From IMG/VR virus record IMGVR_UViG_3300045988_112752: a stretch of DNA of 64,000 nucleotides. One strand, written 5' to 3'. Under the pieces are notes generated by a model. It did not search any database and was not told where the DNA came from. It saw only the letters and a program-made list of their open reading frames with translations. This DNA is from a virus. Shown in pieces: positions 42,787 through 54,200 of the stretch; position 1 is the first letter of the stretch, and the number at the start of each line of letters is the position of its first letter. The translations under genes were made by a program, and so were the position numbers.

Positions 42787-43560
42787 ATGATAGAACTGAA
42801 TAAGATATATAATGAAGACTGTCTCGAAGGAATGAAAAGGATTCCCGACGGAAGCGTGGATTGCATTGTGTGCGATTTGCCGTATGGCACGACAGTATGC
42901 AAATGGGATTCCATTATTCCGTTTGAACCCTTATGGGAACAATATCTACGAGTAGCAAAAGAAAACGCGGCTATAGTGTTGTTTTCCGGAGAACCTTTTA
43001 CGAGTAAACTGATTTTGTCAAACATTAAATTATATCGTCAGAAACTTACATGGTTGAAAACAAGGCCAACCAATGTGATGAACGCAAAGAAACAGTTTAT
43101 GAATTGGACTGAAGATATTTGCGTGTTCTATCGTTCTTTACCAACTTATAACCCTCAAATGAGAACGGACGGACAGTTTTCTGGCAAGATAGTTCAACAC
43201 TTGAATGAAAGCAGAAAAAATGGAGTTCACAATGGCTACCAGAAAAAAGAAGGATATATACATGAAGGAAATGGAGGTTTATTCTATCCAAAGACCGTTT
43301 TGGAATATTCTAATGCTCATCAGAGCCAAGAGAACCACTTCCACCCTACCCAAAAGCCCGTCGCTCTCATTCAGTATCTCATCCGCACCTACTCCAACGA
43401 GGGCGACACCATATTAGACAACTGTATGGGTAGCGGCACCACCGCCATTGCAGCCATCCGCGAGAAGCGCAACTTCATCGGCTTTGAGCTCAATAAGGAG
43501 TATTACGACAAGGCTTGCAAGCGCATTAAGTTGGAGCAAGCGCAACTCACGCTGTTCTGA
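42787..43560 (+). CDS. N6/N4 (beta-class) DNA methyltransferase, tandem copy 2
   Basis: ORF track 257 aa. N- and C-termini match copy 1; the central ~150 aa differ. Confidence 0.85.
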   Translation: MIELNKIYNEDCLEGMKRIPDGSVDCIVCDLPYGTTVCKWDSIIPFEPLWEQYLRVAKENAAIVLFSGEPFTSKLILSNIKLYRQKLTWLKTRPTNVMNAKKQFMNWTEDICVFYRSLPTYNPQMRTDGQFSGKIVQHLNESRKNGVHNGYQKKEGYIHEGNGGLFYPKTVLEYSNAHQSQENHFHPTQKPVALIQYLIRTYSNEGDTILDNCMGSGTTAIAAIREKRNFIGFELNKEYYDKACKRIKLEQAQLTLF

Positions 43561-43612
43561 TGAATGCTCAGATGCTAAACATAACAAAAAGATTTATAGA
43601 ATAATTAGTAAT

Positions 43613-44290
43613 ATGAAAAATGTAGAAAAAATAAAGGAAGCAATAATGCAAGACCTTCTGGAGAAGTTCGGTCTTTTGATAGACGAATGCGCGGCTCAAG
43701 AAAAGAGAATATTCGACTTGGAAGAAAAAGTTGCTGCACTCTCCTCTCAAGTTAAGAAAAAGAAAAGAAACTCGAATCCTGAATATCTTTCTCTCGTACC
43801 TGCTACGAGTACATTCAACGAGATTGTCTTTACTCCTGGCAGAATATTAAAACTCAAGAAACTCGATACTTCTTCTCCTGCCGACTATGCCATTGTGGTT
43901 GTAAAGCGTTTCTTTCCCACCGATCATATACTTGAGTGTTACGCTTTTTATGTTCACGAAAAATCGGGTGTTGACAAGTTGTATCTTGCTGACGAGCAAG
44001 CAATAAACGCTTACAGCAAACTTTCCCAAGGTCTTATAAGCTCCATCGCTACCCATGTTGGGTTAGATATGGATCAAGATTGGAAAATCGAAGGAGGCTT
44101 GATGGCTTTTGATGAAGTTCAGAAACTTTTTCAGATGGCAGAGTCTGTCGGTTACAAGGCGGACCATTCGATTACAACCAGTCCTGTTCCCAGTGGTTGC
44201 ACTCGCATGGCCGTCCACGAAGCCTGCGTGTATAGTTCGTTTGAAAGGGTAAAAAAGAAAAATAATAGACACGGCAGGCATAAAAAATGA
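43613..44290 (+). CDS. Hypothetical protein (225 aa)
   Basis: Track ORF 43448 overlaps the MTase 3' end. The ATG at 43613 (MKNVEKIKEA...) follows the GATTTATAGA leader. Confidence 0.55.
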   Translation: MKNVEKIKEAIMQDLLEKFGLLIDECAAQEKRIFDLEEKVAALSSQVKKKKRNSNPEYLSLVPATSTFNEIVFTPGRILKLKKLDTSSPADYAIVVVKRFFPTDHILECYAFYVHEKSGVDKLYLADEQAINAYSKLSQGLISSIATHVGLDMDQDWKIEGGLMAFDEVQKLFQMAESVGYKADHSITTSPVPSGCTRMAVHEACVYSSFERVKKKNNRHGRHKK

Positions 44291-44343
44291 GTTAAAAATC
44301 GGCTTGCCGACAATTCAAAACTCAAAATTCAAAACTCGTAGTT

Positions 44344-45375
44344 ATGATCATTTCAACCACCAAGGAGCTACGGCTCCACATCCCCAGCAACGCCATTGAC
44401 GAGATAGGTTCTCTTCAAGGCATACTCGACAACAGCGAGAAGGATTTTCTTCGTGACAAGTTGGGCGACTCGCTTTACCGCAAACTGTGCGAGTATTATC
44501 AGTCCGTTTCGCCCGACGAGTTCTACATGTCCGTCACCAACGGCGAGCACACTCACCAGCCCTGGATGCAACTCCTCGTACTGGCACAGCGCATGGTAAC
44601 ATACGATGCCATGTCGCGCTTCGCCTACACACAAGCCCTCTCCATCAACGGCACGGGCATCAATGTGGCTTCGAGCGAAGACTACGGCGCTGCATCCAAA
44701 GACCTCCTCGACAAAGGCGTGCAAGGCTACAAGCGCGAGGCAATGGTGTCGCTCAACCAAATGCTTGTGATGCTCGAAGGTTGGGCACGCAAGATGGAAG
44801 CAATCGAAACAGCCGACCCACGCGTAGCGCAAGAAGTGGACGAGGAACACAAAGCCATTGAGGAAATAAGCCTCTTGTGGCAGGAGAGCCAGTACTACTA
44901 TCTCCACCACGACCTCCTCATAGCCACCTGCGCCGACCTCCAGCAATACCTCGACATCTACGAGAGCCGCGAGAAGTTTATCCGTCTGCTGCCCGATCTT
45001 CACTTCATTCAGGACGAGTACATCAGCGAGGCTATTGGCGAGCCGATGGTGCAGCACCTGCTCCATACCACTGACCCTGCCGACAAACCCCTCTTGCGCA
45101 AGGTACGTCGCCTGATGGTAGCTCACCTCGAAGAGCGCACCACCATCCTCACTATCGACAAGGCACGTCGCTCCGCAGCCCACAACGAAGCCATCTCGCT
45201 CCGAGCATCGGTATTGCGTCTCGTGGAAATGCGCAAGTTAGTAGAAAAAGCCAATACTGAAAATCAGAACACCAATTCTGACAATCAGAACCCCTCAACC
45301 AACACCAACGACGACAAAGGCTACGAGAACAATCAACCCGGCAGCAAGTTCTTCGTCTCGCCATTACTATATTAA
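44344..45375 (+). CDS. Hypothetical virion-module protein
   Basis: ORF track 343 aa. Preceded by the palindrome plus CAAAACTCAA repeat element also found upstream of terL. Confidence 0.6.
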   Translation: MIISTTKELRLHIPSNAIDEIGSLQGILDNSEKDFLRDKLGDSLYRKLCEYYQSVSPDEFYMSVTNGEHTHQPWMQLLVLAQRMVTYDAMSRFAYTQALSINGTGINVASSEDYGAASKDLLDKGVQGYKREAMVSLNQMLVMLEGWARKMEAIETADPRVAQEVDEEHKAIEEISLLWQESQYYYLHHDLLIATCADLQQYLDIYESREKFIRLLPDLHFIQDEYISEAIGEPMVQHLLHTTDPADKPLLRKVRRLMVAHLEERTTILTIDKARRSAAHNEAISLRASVLRLVEMRKLVEKANTENQNTNSDNQNPSTNTNDDKGYENNQPGSKFFVSPLLY

Positions 45376-45419
45376 GATTTAGAAAGGCCCAGTAAGGCCT
45401 AAAAATCCCAACAGCAACT

Positions 45420-46481
45420 ATGGAAGATATTATCCGCATTTTGACCCCTGCCCTATCCGCCCGCATCCTCACCTCCGACCAGCGTGAGGCTTTCGAGCGT
45501 GGCCTTACCCTCTTGGAAGGCACCCCTGGTGCTGCCGCCTTCATCCGCGACAGCCGCCGTTTCCGCGACTACCACCGTCGCGTGCGTCAGCTCCTCACCT
45601 ACCTCCAGACCTCCCAAACGTCACGTTCGGAAATCAAACGTCACGTTGGTCGCCCCACAAAGGAGGAGCAGGCAGCCTACGCACAGGCACAGAAGGAGAA
45701 GGCTCTTGAGGAAGCGCGTCGCTCTCTCTTCCCCGACCTCCAGCCCGACCTCACCCTACAGCCCCTCACCTACGGCGGCATCGTAGCCAACCCCAACGGC
45801 GAGACAATCGCCTCTACCATGCCCAACCTCATGCAGCTCCGACCGTTCCTATCCGAGCGACTGCAAGAGCAAGTCAACACCGTGCGCTCCCTGCGCAACG
45901 AGATGGCAGCTAAGTCTGAGCAAGCCAAGACTATGGCAGAAGCCAACGAGAAGGCAGGCAGACAAATCTACACTGAAGAGGAGATTGCCCTTCTCGCCAC
46001 ACGAGCCGTGAAGATAGAGAGCGACATTCTTCCGCGCATCTACATCAACGTAGACCGCGAGATAGGCGAGGCATATCTTCGCCTATCCCCACGCACCGGC
46101 GACCCCGAATACATCGCCCGTATCGAAAAGGCGTGCAACGTCCCGCCGCAGAACCTCCGCGCCCAGTTCCGGCCCTTCTACGACAAGGCCCTCGCCCGCG
46201 ACCCTCTCTTCGCCCAGACCATAGCCGACCGCATAGCCGCCGACCGCCCTGAAGTAAAAGCCGAGCGCGACCGTCAAGCCCAACACAAAGCCGAAGCCGA
46301 CGCTCTCATAAAATACATCTGCCGCAAGGACAAGCCAAGCACCAAGGCCCGCGTGAAAGGACTCACAGAACGCATAGCCAAGCTCCGAAAGGAATACAGC
46401 GACATCGTGAGCGAGGACGAGATAAAGGGCTTCGAGGCAATCTTAGAGAAAACCAAAAGTGAAGTTTCACCAAAGGCTTAG
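45420..46481 (+). CDS. Hypothetical virion-module protein
   Basis: ORF track 353 aa. Confidence 0.6.
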   Translation: MEDIIRILTPALSARILTSDQREAFERGLTLLEGTPGAAAFIRDSRRFRDYHRRVRQLLTYLQTSQTSRSEIKRHVGRPTKEEQAAYAQAQKEKALEEARRSLFPDLQPDLTLQPLTYGGIVANPNGETIASTMPNLMQLRPFLSERLQEQVNTVRSLRNEMAAKSEQAKTMAEANEKAGRQIYTEEEIALLATRAVKIESDILPRIYINVDREIGEAYLRLSPRTGDPEYIARIEKACNVPPQNLRAQFRPFYDKALARDPLFAQTIADRIAADRPEVKAERDRQAQHKAEADALIKYICRKDKPSTKARVKGLTERIAKLRKEYSDIVSEDEIKGFEAILEKTKSEVSPKA

Positions 46482-46526
46482 AAAGGCCTAAGAAGGCTTA
46501 GTAAGGCTTATCATAAAAATATCCCC

Positions 46527-47174
46527 ATGAAAGTTTTCGATCAACTAAAAGACATCTGCATCACCGCCTGCCACACCCGCCACGCTTGTGCCGAAGGCTA
46601 TCGTGCTATGCTCGCCACCGAGAACGTCAGTCAGCTTATGGCAGTCTGGCGTGCGAATTGGGAAGACCTCGTAGAGAGCAAATTCTCCGACATCATCAAC
46701 GACCAGCTCCCCGCCCTCTACCTCGACCCTACCCTAAAATCAGAAATGAACACAGCCGGCATCTACGTCAACGAATGTCCGCTGATCGCACCCGAATACG
46801 TCCTCGTTATCGTTACCGACCACGACGGCATCGTTGATATAAACGATTACGCCAAGTGTTACGTCCTTGGCAAGGCATGGGTTCGTGCATGGGACCACGC
46901 CCAGGTATATAGCGAGAAGAACGATAGAGCCATCATAATGCTCTACGATTACTCTTACGGCCATGTCAGCAAAGGCAAGACTTTTGCCAACGGCCACTCC
47001 CGCTTATGGACCTCCACTAACGCCGCCCTTAACGGCAGCGTAACGTGCGAGACCCACGGTGGCGAGATACGCGCCAGCAGCTATCTCAAGATTGAAGCCT
47101 ATGGCGACACTAAGGTTTTCAGCAAGACCGATCGCAACATCACGCTATACGGCAACTCCCACATAATAGTATAA
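46527..47174 (+). CDS. Hypothetical virion-module protein
   Basis: ORF track 215 aa. Confidence 0.6.
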   Translation: MKVFDQLKDICITACHTRHACAEGYRAMLATENVSQLMAVWRANWEDLVESKFSDIINDQLPALYLDPTLKSEMNTAGIYVNECPLIAPEYVLVIVTDHDGIVDINDYAKCYVLGKAWVRAWDHAQVYSEKNDRAIIMLYDYSYGHVSKGKTFANGHSRLWTSTNAALNGSVTCETHGGEIRASSYLKIEAYGDTKVFSKTDRNITLYGNSHIIV

Positions 47175-47213
47175 TACTTAAAGGCCCAGTAAGACCCATT
47201 AAAAACAACCAAC

Positions 47214-50051
47214 ATGAACAGCAAACTTACTATACTTGCCGACGGAAAACCGCTTGCTTTGAATGAAGATGCGTCTATCAGTATCGAGTTGAGCAATCCC
47301 TTGTTCAATGATGTTGATATGTTCTCCTATCCCGTAGAGATTCCCTTGGAAGGCAACCGTCGTTTTCTAAAGAACGTGGATGATGTCAACTCCGACATCC
47401 GCCCCGTCAGCTACGAGCACACACCCATGCAGATAATAGCCGACGGAGTGCCCTTTGCTTCCGGCACCGCCATTATTCAGGAAGACGAACGTCTGGAAGA
47501 CTCCCTCTCACTCAATATCGACGCAAGCACGCAATCATTCTCCGACCTCATAAGCGACCTCAAGTGCAACGAAGTGCCTATACCTTCTAAATACAAGGAT
47601 CAGCTTCTTATAGGCGAGAAGATTGACAAGGTGGACGTGAGCGTGAAGTACAACACCGACGTTGTTATAAAGTATCAGGGCAAGAAAGGCAACAAGAAGT
47701 ATGGTTCGGTGGGCGAGGACACAACCGAAGCCTCTTTTTCACCGCAAGCTCTTGGCTTCTCTTATCCGGCACAATGTGTGGAGGAAGGTAATAATCACGA
47801 AGCCAAGCTGAAGAAGACGTACACCTATCCGCACGGCAATGAGGTGAAGATTCCCGAAGTGCTGAAATCGTACATCAACGTGAGCGACCCCTATCCCCTG
47901 AAGCCATATTGTAATGCCCGTGTGTGTTATAAGCATTACGATATTGACGAAAAGGGAGAAACATCATCCAAAGTGGTAAATTCTATCAAAGGACGAGATG
48001 GCGAGAACAATCTAAGCACATTGGAGCAGGAAATGTACGAAGACCGTGGTCCGGTATGGGTATTGGATGCCAACCGTCCGCAGTCTGGCATCTGCTTCTA
48101 TGTGCTGTTCTTCCTCGACTGTCTCTTTGAGCATCTTGGCGTGCAGTTCGACAATTCGGCTCTTACAGCCATCGGCGACCTAAACCGTCTCTGCTTCTTC
48201 ACTACAAAGTGCGCCTACAACATCGAAACGCTTTATGCCAAGGATACTTATCGGGAGAAAGACAAGGAGGTTATTGCCGGACTGAAAAAGAAAGGCGACG
48301 TAAAGGTTGGCTTTTTCCAGAAACAAGCCAACAGCGAAAAGGAAGTTGCAAACCTATTTGATGATGTAAACGCATGGCTCAGTTCACGTGGTTGTGGCGG
48401 CAAACTTAAACTTGAAAACCCGAAAGACAAAAGCGTGCAGGAAGTAAAGTATCGCAAGGTGACGTATAAGGTGGTAGAGAAGCCGTATAACGGCAGTTTC
48501 GGCTATCAGGACGTATTCATGGACGCCGAGGTTGTTGCGGTATTGGATGACCATTGGAGCACCGTAACCGTAGGAACCGACAAGGTGGCAAGCATTACCT
48601 GTAAGAGCACCATCAAGTCAGCTCAGATGAGCGCAAGCATTTTCCGCATGTATGCCAATGAGCAGAACTTTCCTGCCGAGTCTGTGTCGGACGTTATCGA
48701 CTCGCTTGAGCAGCAGTTCGGCATAAAGTTCCATTACGACTACGAGCAGAAGAAGGTTACGGCTTATCTAATTCGTGACGTGTTCCGCAAGCAGAATCCC
48801 GACCCTCGCTCTTTCCATGCCGAAGTGCTCTCAATGGTGCCGATGACGGAGAAGATAACCGGTGTGCGTGCCGGATATGCTGCCGAGAGCGAAGCCAAGG
48901 AGCAGAAAGACAACGTGAAGTATGCCGTTAAGGATTTCAATACGGATTATGACTACATCGAATACCCTAAGAACTCCACCGTGACGAGTCTTACGTATAA
49001 GGACATCATTCATCGTGTCCAGAATACTGAAATGAGCGTGTTCGTTGACCTTCAGACTGGCAATAAATATCGTGTGAAGATTGACAAGGATTTTACCAAT
49101 GCCGGCGATATGAAGCCACGATTGTTTGAGGTGGCAGCAATGAAGGGAGTAGAGGAAGGCGATTGCTCTACACTTAATGAAGACTATATCATTGAGTTCA
49201 AATCGTCGTTCGTTCCCGTAGGTATGGTGGATGCCAACTATCGCAAGGCTCTCGCTTCCAGCACCGGCAGCAAATGCGCCACCGACAACACCAAGCAGCC
49301 CGCCGAGGTGGGCAAGCAATACAGCGGATATGAGTTTAGCGAGATAAACGGCTCTTACGCCAAGACCCAAATGGCAGCTCTCATCGACGAGGATATGGAG
49401 CATGAGTTTGTGAAGCAGTACGTCAAGAACACCATGTCGTCAATGGTGGCTGACTTCTACGTTACTGAAGAGCTCTCGCTGCGTGAGAGCTACGACCCCT
49501 CATCCACCGACGACGGCAACTCGCCCCTACAGTCATACGATTGGGGCTTGTCGGTGGCTATCATGCGAGGTGGCGGCATTGACTCGACACACGAGTCCTA
49601 CGACTACAACTACGACGGTTTCGGCAACTCGAAATGGCGCACAAAGGCAGGTGAGTATGCCCTGACAACCGACTCTATCGACCCCTACGGCGTGCCGTAC
49701 GACTACAACGGCATTGAGCCGGGCAACGGTAATGAAGAACGCTTCTCACTGAAGCCCCGTGCTTGGGTGCAGCCCGAATGGGCAGACGCTCCCCTCGTAG
49801 TAAACACCCCATCGGTCAAGAACCGAGGCTACGTAGACGTGTTTCTCGTCGATTACATCTACTTCCTCCTTCATCGCAAGAAGTATTACGTCAGGTGCCT
49901 CGCCTCCGTAGCGCAGATAGCCGACATTCAGAACCACTGGAAAGAGTGGTGGACCATCGACGGCAAGAAGTGTCTAATCAACAAGGTGAATGCCGACGTG
50001 TCGGCGAAGGAAGGAATGGGAGAAGTAGAGCTTGAGATTTATAGCATTTAA
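47214..50051 (+). CDS. Large tail/baseplate structural protein candidate (945 aa)
   Basis: ORF track. The call rests on size and position upstream of the fibre-like gene. Confidence 0.45.
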   Translation: MNSKLTILADGKPLALNEDASISIELSNPLFNDVDMFSYPVEIPLEGNRRFLKNVDDVNSDIRPVSYEHTPMQIIADGVPFASGTAIIQEDERLEDSLSLNIDASTQSFSDLISDLKCNEVPIPSKYKDQLLIGEKIDKVDVSVKYNTDVVIKYQGKKGNKKYGSVGEDTTEASFSPQALGFSYPAQCVEEGNNHEAKLKKTYTYPHGNEVKIPEVLKSYINVSDPYPLKPYCNARVCYKHYDIDEKGETSSKVVNSIKGRDGENNLSTLEQEMYEDRGPVWVLDANRPQSGICFYVLFFLDCLFEHLGVQFDNSALTAIGDLNRLCFFTTKCAYNIETLYAKDTYREKDKEVIAGLKKKGDVKVGFFQKQANSEKEVANLFDDVNAWLSSRGCGGKLKLENPKDKSVQEVKYRKVTYKVVEKPYNGSFGYQDVFMDAEVVAVLDDHWSTVTVGTDKVASITCKSTIKSAQMSASIFRMYANEQNFPAESVSDVIDSLEQQFGIKFHYDYEQKKVTAYLIRDVFRKQNPDPRSFHAEVLSMVPMTEKITGVRAGYAAESEAKEQKDNVKYAVKDFNTDYDYIEYPKNSTVTSLTYKDIIHRVQNTEMSVFVDLQTGNKYRVKIDKDFTNAGDMKPRLFEVAAMKGVEEGDCSTLNEDYIIEFKSSFVPVGMVDANYRKALASSTGSKCATDNTKQPAEVGKQYSGYEFSEINGSYAKTQMAALIDEDMEHEFVKQYVKNTMSSMVADFYVTEELSLRESYDPSSTDDGNSPLQSYDWGLSVAIMRGGGIDSTHESYDYNYDGFGNSKWRTKAGEYALTTDSIDPYGVPYDYNGIEPGNGNEERFSLKPRAWVQPEWADAPLVVNTPSVKNRGYVDVFLVDYIYFLLHRKKYYVRCLASVAQIADIQNHWKEWWTIDGKKCLINKVNADVSAKEGMGEVELEIYSI

Positions 50052-50087
50052 CTAATAAATAATAATTACCAATTAATAATTAAAGCA

Positions 50088-51125
50088 ATGGCAAGTCATT
50101 TAAGGTTAAACTCAGGTTCGGTGTTTAATGGAAATCCTATTAATTTTATAGTTAATCCTGTTAATTTAAAAGACACTCCTTCTTTTCATCGTATGATATT
50201 CGAGATAAAATGTGGTATAAGTGACGGGAACTATGAAATCATAAAGATGTCGGAACCTGTAATTAGTGAAAAAGTTAGGGCTGTTGTGGTTGATATTTCC
50301 TCCGCTCTGCGTTCTTTTCGCGATTCGTATGTTTACAAGCCCGAACCTGGTGCAATGCCCGTAGTGAAATTCAATGTGTCGGCATACGACGAGTATATGC
50401 TTAACGGTGAAGTACATGAGACTCCACCGGTGTCTTACTTGTCCGGAGACGATGTGAAGCAGACCCTATTCGGAGGCTTCTCCGATTACGACCGTCTCAC
50501 AGCCACAAACGACACAATGCCCGTTAGCCGCATGACACGCAAGCCTACCACCATACCGCAGTTGGCATGTGTCGGCGAGACCATCATCTACGTAGAGCCT
50601 TACTCACCTGCCATTGACCTCACCACAGCCACATGGGATGCACCCGAAGCAAAGGTTTTCACTATAACCAACGAAGGACAGCAAACCATAGGCGACATCA
50701 GCGTTTATGCCATGCCGCAGGCAGAAGCTGTCCGTCGCACGGAGTTCCGCTTCATCAATTCGTTCGGTGTATTGGAGAGCGTCAGTGTACCGAGAGTATA
50801 TAGCAAGAAGCTCAGTATTACAACCAATAATTACACCTTGACGCAGACAGAATCTCTGCGCTCGATCTCACGCGCAGCAACTCGCAAGCAGAACAATCAG
50901 GAAGAATGGAACTTCCAGACTGACCCTCTCGATGAAGCATGGCTCGCATGGTATCTGCATGAGTTCCTGATGACAGAACACGCATGGATAAACATCAACG
51001 GCAATTTTCTGCCTTGCACCATCACAGCCGACGACGAAATCTCTTTTGATGATAAGACAAAAGAAGGTGTACACAGCGTGTCGTTTACGGCGAAACTCGA
51101 CTTCCGAGGAAGTACTATCATTTGA
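50088..51125 (+). CDS. Tail/baseplate structural protein candidate
   Basis: ORF track 345 aa; positional. Confidence 0.4.
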   Translation: MASHLRLNSGSVFNGNPINFIVNPVNLKDTPSFHRMIFEIKCGISDGNYEIIKMSEPVISEKVRAVVVDISSALRSFRDSYVYKPEPGAMPVVKFNVSAYDEYMLNGEVHETPPVSYLSGDDVKQTLFGGFSDYDRLTATNDTMPVSRMTRKPTTIPQLACVGETIIYVEPYSPAIDLTTATWDAPEAKVFTITNEGQQTIGDISVYAMPQAEAVRRTEFRFINSFGVLESVSVPRVYSKKLSITTNNYTLTQTESLRSISRAATRKQNNQEEWNFQTDPLDEAWLAWYLHEFLMTEHAWININGNFLPCTITADDEISFDDKTKEGVHSVSFTAKLDFRGSTII

Positions 51126-51262
51126 GTTTTGAATTAGGAACTGGTCGGCTTGCTGTCGGCTTGCGACCTCAAGAGACGCACGTGCCCTTGGGGTCGTTTG
51201 CGTATGTCCGTATGAATAGAGCATTTTATGCTAAATTAGCAACAGAAAAATAAACGTAATAT

Positions 51263-54200
51263 ATGACACAAGCAACAACCAACGACTATTGGATTTCGTC
51301 TACGGCACTTCATATCGAGCTGAATGCCCTTGGTTATCCCGATTATGTTCAGGCATCGTGCGTCAGCGGTGCCCAGATACTTGTGTACGTCAAGGACATC
51401 ATCGGATTCGATGCAGGTCACAATTATCGCCGTTGGCCCTTACAGGCTTCGCCTACTGTATTCAATTCGCACACCGAAAAATACGTCTATGCCGCCATAC
51501 CGCGCAGTTTAAGTTCTGCGGCTTCGGCGCGGATTGTGTTCCCATCTGAGCAGATTGACATCTACGGCAAGAACGCGAACGCCGAACAGATTGGCGACGA
51601 GAAGTATTACTACATCTTCCTGCAAGGCAAGATAACGTCGTCAGGCGACAACGGCACCATAGCCCGCGATTGGGACACACGTTGTTTTTGGGGTTATCTG
51701 TCTTCCGACGAAGCCATATCCGCCATTGGAACTGAAAGTGAGTGGTACCACTATTCGCAGACCGACAGTATTGTAACGTTTCTCAAGAAACTAACAATGA
51801 AACCTGGCACGTGGTTTCGTGAGTTATTTGCAAAGGTTGTAACTATTGTGACCGGCGGCAGCATTGCGTTTGAAGGGAAAGCGGGGGCTATATCTGGAAT
51901 TACCAACACAAAAACCCCTCTTGATTCGGAGACCGATATTGTCACACCTAAATATCTTGACGATAATGCTTTGTCGAGTGTGCACGACGATGAAGCAAAA
52001 GGTGTTATCAGTTTTCTAAGTGGTATAAAATTTATTTCTAATAATAAAATTCACAAGATAACCTCCGACGGCATCGCTACCCTTAAAGAGATTGTGTCGG
52101 CTGCGTTCCGTTCGGGTGCGCTCGGCTCTGGCTTCAAACTTGGCGATTACAACGGAAGTGGTGACAGTTACTTGGAGGTAGACCGACTGCTTGTGCGCAA
52201 GGCGGCGGAGTTCGTAAGGCTCGTAATCCGAGAGCTTCAAAGCGTAGGTGGTGAGATTGTTCTGTCGCCTGCTGCTATGAAGATTAGCAATGTGGTCTAT
52301 TTTGAGAAGTTCACGGTTCTTCCCGAATACGACGGCTCTCCCCTACGTTACGATGTTTACCGCTGTTACTTTTCACAGAAGAAAGGCGACGAGGAGATTG
52401 AGAACCAATTTGTGATGGGCGACCTCGTGCGCTGCCAGACGTTCAACGTAAAGGAGGGCGTGAATGAGAACGTGAAGAATAGATACTACTGGCGTAAGGT
52501 GTACAAGGTAGGTAAAGATTTCATCGACTTACTTGCTGACGATTGTGATACTGGTAGCGATATTCCGCAGGCAGGTGACGAGCTTGTACAGATGGGCAAC
52601 GTCTATGACACAGCTCGCCAGTCGGTCGTTGTTTTGTCGGCATACGGAGCGGATGCACCATCATTAAAGATGTACGAAGGCGTAGATAGCTACTCGTTAG
52701 AGAATAGAGAGGTCTTTGTCCTGTCGCGTCAGGAGATGTTCGCCATAGCCGATAAGTTTAGGTTCGTTACGCGCAAGGCTAATGGCGAGATAGAAAGCAC
52801 GCAGTCGTTTGCGGAGCTTGTAATGTCTGTGGATGGACTCAAGTCAACGGTCGCCACCAACAAGAGTGACATAACGCAGATGAAATCAGATATAAAGCAG
52901 ATGCCAAATCAAATACTCTTACAGGTGGGGAAGTATTATCCGACAAAGACGGATGTAACCAAGCAGATAGAGTCGGCCAGCTCGGAGATAACACAGACGG
53001 CAACCAATATCGCAATGAAGGTAGGCTACACTCTTGCCGAGCGACGTAACCTGCTCGTCGGTTCGTTGTTCCGCAAGCAAGGCGAGGGTTTCTTTCTTCT
53101 ACGCTCTAAGATATATCGCACGTCGGCGCATGAGGGTGCTAACGTGATATTCGCGCCCGATGCCAAGGCAGGCGGTGCGCAATGGGGTGGAGCAGCGAAC
53201 TCTCGCAACATACACGTCACTAAGGACAAGACGTACACGCTGGCTTTCTGGGCACGCACGGAGTCTGCCAAAGTCGAGATTGTGGGAGAGGTGGTGTGGC
53301 ATAGCTCGGCAACCGACACGTCACGACCAGGTGGATATACCGGTCCGAACGGCAGTGCGAATTTAGGCGTAGTAACGATAACGCCAAGCAACGGCTGGTA
53401 TCTGTATCAGAAGATGTTTACCGTTGCAGCGAACGCTCATTATGAGTGGATTTCCGTTGCGTGTCTAAAGGCTAACGCATCTACTGCGAGTCAGCAGGTG
53501 TACATCGCACACCCTATCCTCATTGAGGGTACGGCGGAGGACTTTGTGTGTTGGAGCGCATCGCCTGACGATTACGACTACATCGGGGGCAACCTGCTCG
53601 ACAACACACGCACGTTTGCCAAAGCCGGCAACCTAACACGAATGGATGCGTCAGTGGTAACTAACGAGTCGTACAACAACGGATGCTCGGTAATATATGC
53701 AAACGCTGCCTCCAAATACATTGAGATGGCGCAGTGGAGTGTTAGTTCTATCATCAAGAAAGATGAGGACTATATGTTCTCGTTTATGGCAAAAGGTTTC
53801 GGCAGCATCGACGCATACATGTGGAGTGGTTCTAATCTAAGCATATTCGCCGAAGACAGCGAGCGCGATACGACAACAAGCAACGCCGACGGAGGTCGTC
53901 GCTTCTCTCTCACAAGCGAGTGGAAGCGTTATTGGGTGCACTGGCGGTCAGAGGGCACCGGCATACCTAACTACGTCCTTATCCGTTGTCTGCAAGGCAG
54001 TAAGGCGTGGGTGACGATGCCGAAGTTAGAGGTGGGCGCAACTCCTACCGACTGGATAGAGGGCAAGAGTGGCTTTGTCGAGGACAGTGGCATCGCCGCC
54101 AAGCTGCTGCGCACTGGCCTTGACATCGAGAACGGCAAGATAACGGCTACAGCAGACAAGTTCGAGGTGCGCAACAACAGTGGCAAGGTGACAGCGAGTG

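Noticed and set aside
44368-45183. 271-aa minus-strand ORF antisense to 44344-45375
   Set aside because: The plus-strand ORF is longer, fits the co-directional operon and has the conserved upstream element. The minus ORF is V/L/H/G-rich shadow sequence.
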